Positions 60,126-64,000 of a stretch of DNA of 64,000 nucleotides are shown here, in pieces. Source of the DNA: Antedon mediterranea (Eukaryota; Animalia; Echinodermata). Both the position numbers and the translations under genes were made by a program. The stretch is from contig NC_092678.1 of the NCBI RefSeq assembly GCF_964355755.1, positions 8,944,422-9,008,421 of the forward strand, written 5' to 3'. Below the pieces are notes generated by a model. The model was not told the DNA's origin, did no database searches, and worked only from the letters and a program-made list of their open reading frames with translations. Position 1 is the stretch's first letter, and each line of letters opens with the position of its first letter.

Positions 60126-60606
60126 TGATGAATTCCGGTCCGGTCCTCTGGTTTATATTATAGCAAGGTTAAAACTAGATTCCTCAAAATAACGTCATGA
60201 ATATGCAAATTTATGACGTAACGATTAGAATGACGTAATATGAAGCACGTATAAAACTATACTATTGTCAACTTTTATTACTCGTGTACATTGCGGCATA
60301 ACGGATAGTGCTCTACTAACTATCGTTGGAATTCTCTCAGCTCTACTAGCTGGGGTTCGAATCTCTACGGATTTCTTTATTTTTTAATAAATATAAAATC
60401 TTTTTCTTTTATTTTGAAAGAGAGATATTTAGAGAGTTAAGTTAATTTAGGATAATATAATGAAAAAGATTAACAACATCAAAATTCAACAGGATGGCGT
60501 GTTGACAATTTAATGTCAGCCTTTTCTAGTAATTTTACCAACTTTTAAACAATTTGATAATGGAAACAAATTTCGGCTACGTCTTTCCGTATTTCCACAT
60601 TAGGAA

Positions 60607-60654
60607 TACCTCTCACATGCTAAGCGACCGCTCTACCATTTGATCTAGTCCCCC
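60607..60654 (-). pseudogene. 5' half fragment of tRNA-Ala(AGC)
   Basis: Matches the 5' 48 nt of the copy at 60865-60937; T-arm missing. Confidence 0.75.
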
Positions 60655-60864
60655 AGACGACAGATATAATTTAGGTGTATATGTAGGTCTAATGTGATGA
60701 GCTGACAATGAACTGTTGTATGGAGTGGGTTCGCAATTAAAAACAATTTCGTCAGGCCTAACGCTACATCTTTCCATATTAGGAATAGCCTATACGATAA
60801 TATTTTTAAAAATCGAAATTATTTTGTTATGTTATAATTATACCGTAATTAAAAATAAATTAAT

Positions 60865-60937
60865 TGGAAGACCCGGGCATTGATCCCGGTACCTCTCACA
60901 TGCTAAGCGAGCGCTCTACCATTTGAGCTAGTCCCCC
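60865..60937 (-). tRNA. trnA-AGC: tRNA-Ala(AGC), apparently intact
   Basis: GGGGGACTAGCTCAAATGGTAGAGCGCTCGCTTAGCATGTGAGAGGTACCGGGATCAATGCCCGGGTCTTCCA: 73 nt, full cloverleaf, G3:U70 Ala identity pair, A73, downstream T5 terminator. Confidence 0.85.
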
Positions 60938-61014
60938 AATCGACAGCTATAATTCCATGTAGGTCTAATGTGAGGAGCTCACAATGAACTTTTATATGGA
61001 GTGAGTTCGTAATT

Positions 61015-61392
61015 GGTTATCCGCACTTGGCGGATAACCGCTTGTTATTGTCAAGATCTTTTTTTTTCTTTCTTATTCTTCTTTCTTTCCACGAATTTCT
61101 TTCTCTCAACATAACATTGAATAACTATATCAGAAGATTGACCTCTATCTGAAGATGTCATAATAAGGTTTTCGGTGCTGTCCAAGTTGCGCAGCGTAAC
61201 ATACGCATGATTATACGATTTTTAAAAAATTATCTTAAATTCAGAACCAAAAGACATTTGTTATTGAAACTTAAGAAAATGATAATTTATATCAAGGGTC
61301 ACATTTCTACTGAGTGAAAATGGCGGGTTTGTACACAAAATTACGCGAGCACGCGTGTTTAAAATTTTAAAATTCGAAAAGTCAAATTCTAA
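61015..61392 (+). mobile_element. 5' part of Helentron/HINE family element upstream of the intact tRNA-Ala
   Basis: Perfect hairpin ggttatccgc-acttg-gcggataacc then cttgttattg; duplicate of 59631. Confidence 0.65.
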
Positions 61393-61870
61393 ACTATGAC
61401 ATAACGATTAGAATGACGTAATATGAAGCGCGTATAAGACTATACTATTGTCACCTTTCTTTACTCGTGTACATTGTAGCATAACGTGTAGTGCTCTAAT
61501 AACTATCGTTTGGATTCTCTCAGCTATACAAACTGAGGTTCGAATCTGTATGGATTTTTTTTTGTAATAAATATAAAATGTTTTTCTTTCATTTTGAAAG
61601 AGAGATATTTAGAGTCAAGTTAATTTAGGATAATATAATGTAAAAGATTAACAACATCAAAAATTCAACAAGGTGGTGTGTTTAATGTCAGCTTTTTCTA
61701 GTAATTTCACCAACTTTTAAACAATTTGATAATGGAAAACAATTTCAGCCACGTCTTTCCGTATTTCCACATTAGGAATAATAATACACAGTAATATTTT
61801 AAAAAAAATCGAAATTATTTAAATTTAAATGTTAAGTTTTAATATACCTATAAATTAAAAAAAAATAGAT

Positions 61871-61943
61871 TGGAAGACCCGTGCATTGATCCCGGTACCT
61901 CTCACATGCAAAGCGAGCGCTTTACCATTTGAGCTAGTCCCCC
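61871..61943 (-). pseudogene. tRNA-Ala copy with TGC anticodon and stem mutations (probable pseudogene)
   Basis: Anticodon loop TTTGCAT; G1 lost, D-stem GAGC to AAGC, T-stem CCCGG to CACGG. Confidence 0.72.
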
Positions 61944-62404
61944 AGACGACATATATAATTGCATGTAGGTCACGTCTAATGTGATGATCTGACAATGAAC
62001 TGTTGTATGGAGTGGGTTCGTAATTAAAAACAATTTCGTCAGGCCTAATATTCCATATTAGGAATAGCCTACACGATAATATTTTAAAAAAACTAAAAAA
62101 CATTACTCGTATACATTGTGGCATAACGTGTAGTGCTCTACTAACTATCGTTTGGACTCTCAGCTATACTAACTCGGGTTCGAATCTGTATGGATTTATT
62201 TTTTTAAATAAATATAAAATGTTTTTCTTTTATTTTGAAAGAAAGATATTTAGAGAGTCAAGTTAATTTAGGATAATATAATGTAAAATATTAACAACAT
62301 CAAAATTCAACAGGATGGCGTGTTGACTAACAATTTAATGTCAGAAAAATGGAATTATAATTCTCTTCGTTACGTGTTTAGAAAAGAATTTATATCTCAT
62401 CGTA

Positions 62405-62895
62405 GTTTGTGGTATGTCGGCGTTGTTATGAAAATGAATTTGTGCAGGTGTAGTGGGAAAGATGGTATTGTTAGTCATTCGCGGTCAACACGCCACACTG
62501 TTAAATTTTGATTTTTGTGCTAAACATAACATTTACAATATCAAAAATCGGGTGGCGAAAGCCACAGAAAAATAAAAGATGTTATGGTGTGCTCTCCCTG
62601 CCTCAGCATTAAGGCCAATTGAAGCCAAATGCTCCTTAATTTGTTAGTACTCTTGGGTGGGCTTCTTTTCCAGATGGACTTCTTTTCGAGATTACTTTCA
62701 AACTAAATGAGGGGATCTGCATGCTAGGTTCCCGCTCTGAGAAATTGGTTTTTTTTTACATGATTTGAATAATCTTCTAATGTAAAGATTATCAACATTC
62801 AACAGTGTGGCGTGTTGACCGCAATGACTAACAATACCATCTTCCCCACTACACCTGCACCAACTAATTTGCATAATAACGCACGGCATACCAAC
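62405..62895. repeat. ~105-bp inverted repeat pair
   Basis: gtgcaggtgtagtgggaaagatggtattgttagtcatt (62442) vs aatgactaacaataccatcttccccactacacctgcac (62823). Confidence 0.85.
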
Positions 62896-62939
62896 TGTTC
62901 AATATTTGTATGGGGGTCGCAAACAATGGGTTGGTTGGA

Positions 62940-62967
62940 TCATGGAGAAATAATTATTTCTCCATGG
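62940..62967. mobile_element. 28-bp palindromic micro-insertion with 5-bp TSD
   Basis: ttgga|TCATGGAGAAATAATTATTTCTCCATGG|ttgga. Confidence 0.6.
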
Positions 62968-63776
62968 TTGGATGGATGGCCATGCTTATTCAGTCTGCTA
63001 TTGTTCATCATTGAATTCATTGTATCAGTTGTTTTGATTTCTCATTATCAATTATTCACTTAATTCATTTCATTTATTTATGCTCAAACACAGTAAAATG
63101 TAGTACATGGTTTAAAATAATTTTCGTTTGTTTAAAGTTAAAAATTCACACACAAACTGTGAAATTATTTATTACAATAATGCATATGTATTTAAATAAA
63201 TAGAGATAGGCTAATACACTAGTCAGGTTAGGGCATCTTTACACATTTCTATTTATTTGTTCTTAATTTTAGGTTTTTTTAAAATTGAGGGCGCCAAACA
63301 TAAAATTTACAAGATCAGAAAGAGGTGGGAAGCCAAAAAAAAATTGATGACTATTGTCAACTTTCATTACTCCTGAACATTTTGGCATAACGTGTAGTGC
63401 TCTACTAACTATCGTTTGAATTCTCTCAGCTCTACTAGCTGGGGTTCGAATCTCTACGGATTTCTTTTTTTTTTAAATAAATATCAAATGTTTTTTCTTT
63501 TATTTTCAAAGAGAGATATTTAGAGAGTCAAGTTAATTTAGGATAATATTATGTAAAAGATTAACAACATCAACATTCAACAGGGTGGCGTGTTTAATGT
63601 CAGCCTTTTCTAGTAATTTTACCAACTTTTAAACAATTTGATAATGGAAAACAATTTCGGCCACGTATTTCCGTATTTCCAAATTAGGAATAGTACACAG
63701 TAATATTTAGAAAAATCGAAATTATTTAAATTTAAATGTTAAATTTTAATATACCTATAAATTAAAAAAAATAGAT

Positions 63777-63849
63777 TGTAAGACCTGGGCATTGATCCCG
63801 GTACCTCTCACATGCTAAGCGAGCGCTCTACAATTTGAGCTAGTCCCCC
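63777..63849 (-). pseudogene. tRNA-Ala(AGC) copy, probable pseudogene
   Basis: 73 nt; D-loop GG to TG, T-stem mismatch, C71 to A. Confidence 0.72.
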
Positions 63850-64000
63850 AGTCGGAAGATCTAATTCCATGTTATGAGCTCACAATGAACTGTTGTATGG
63901 AGTGGGTTCGTAATTAACAAGCACGAGGGGTACAGCAAAAGAAGCTGCAATGACGTCATAAGACGTAACGTAACGTCAAATACACATCAATAACCTCGCT

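Overview
AT-rich (about one third GC) intron-rich invertebrate animal genomic DNA, probably a marine deuterostome such as an echinoderm (inference). I reconstructed three genes by hand from GT-AG boundaries and phase continuity. (1) The last two coding exons of an unidentified helical protein on + (1-965). (2) An 11-exon, 670-aa GAT1-like SLC6 Na+/Cl- neurotransmitter transporter on - (10197-2041). (3) A 19-exon, about 3,700-aa TASOR-like (HUSH core) protein on - (57129-14118). It has an N-terminal DUF3715 pseudo-PARP domain and a SPOC domain, followed by a very long, mostly low-complexity tail ending in 28 tandem 19-aa repeats, 21 of which carry an intact DPR motif (candidate multivalent WDR82-binding array). 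The introns are packed with non-autonomous transposons (Kolobok-, Academ-, MULE-, Tc1-, Harbinger/ISL2EU- and Helentron-like), SINEs and LINE fragments. Short TA-site insertions (TA-CAG-TA, TA-GGCC-TA) are abundant and directly visible by comparing repeat copies. The last 4.5 kb is a rearranged array of tRNA-Ala copies interleaved with Helentron-like ends and a second Pol III-like cassette. All family assignments come from remembered motifs, not database searches.
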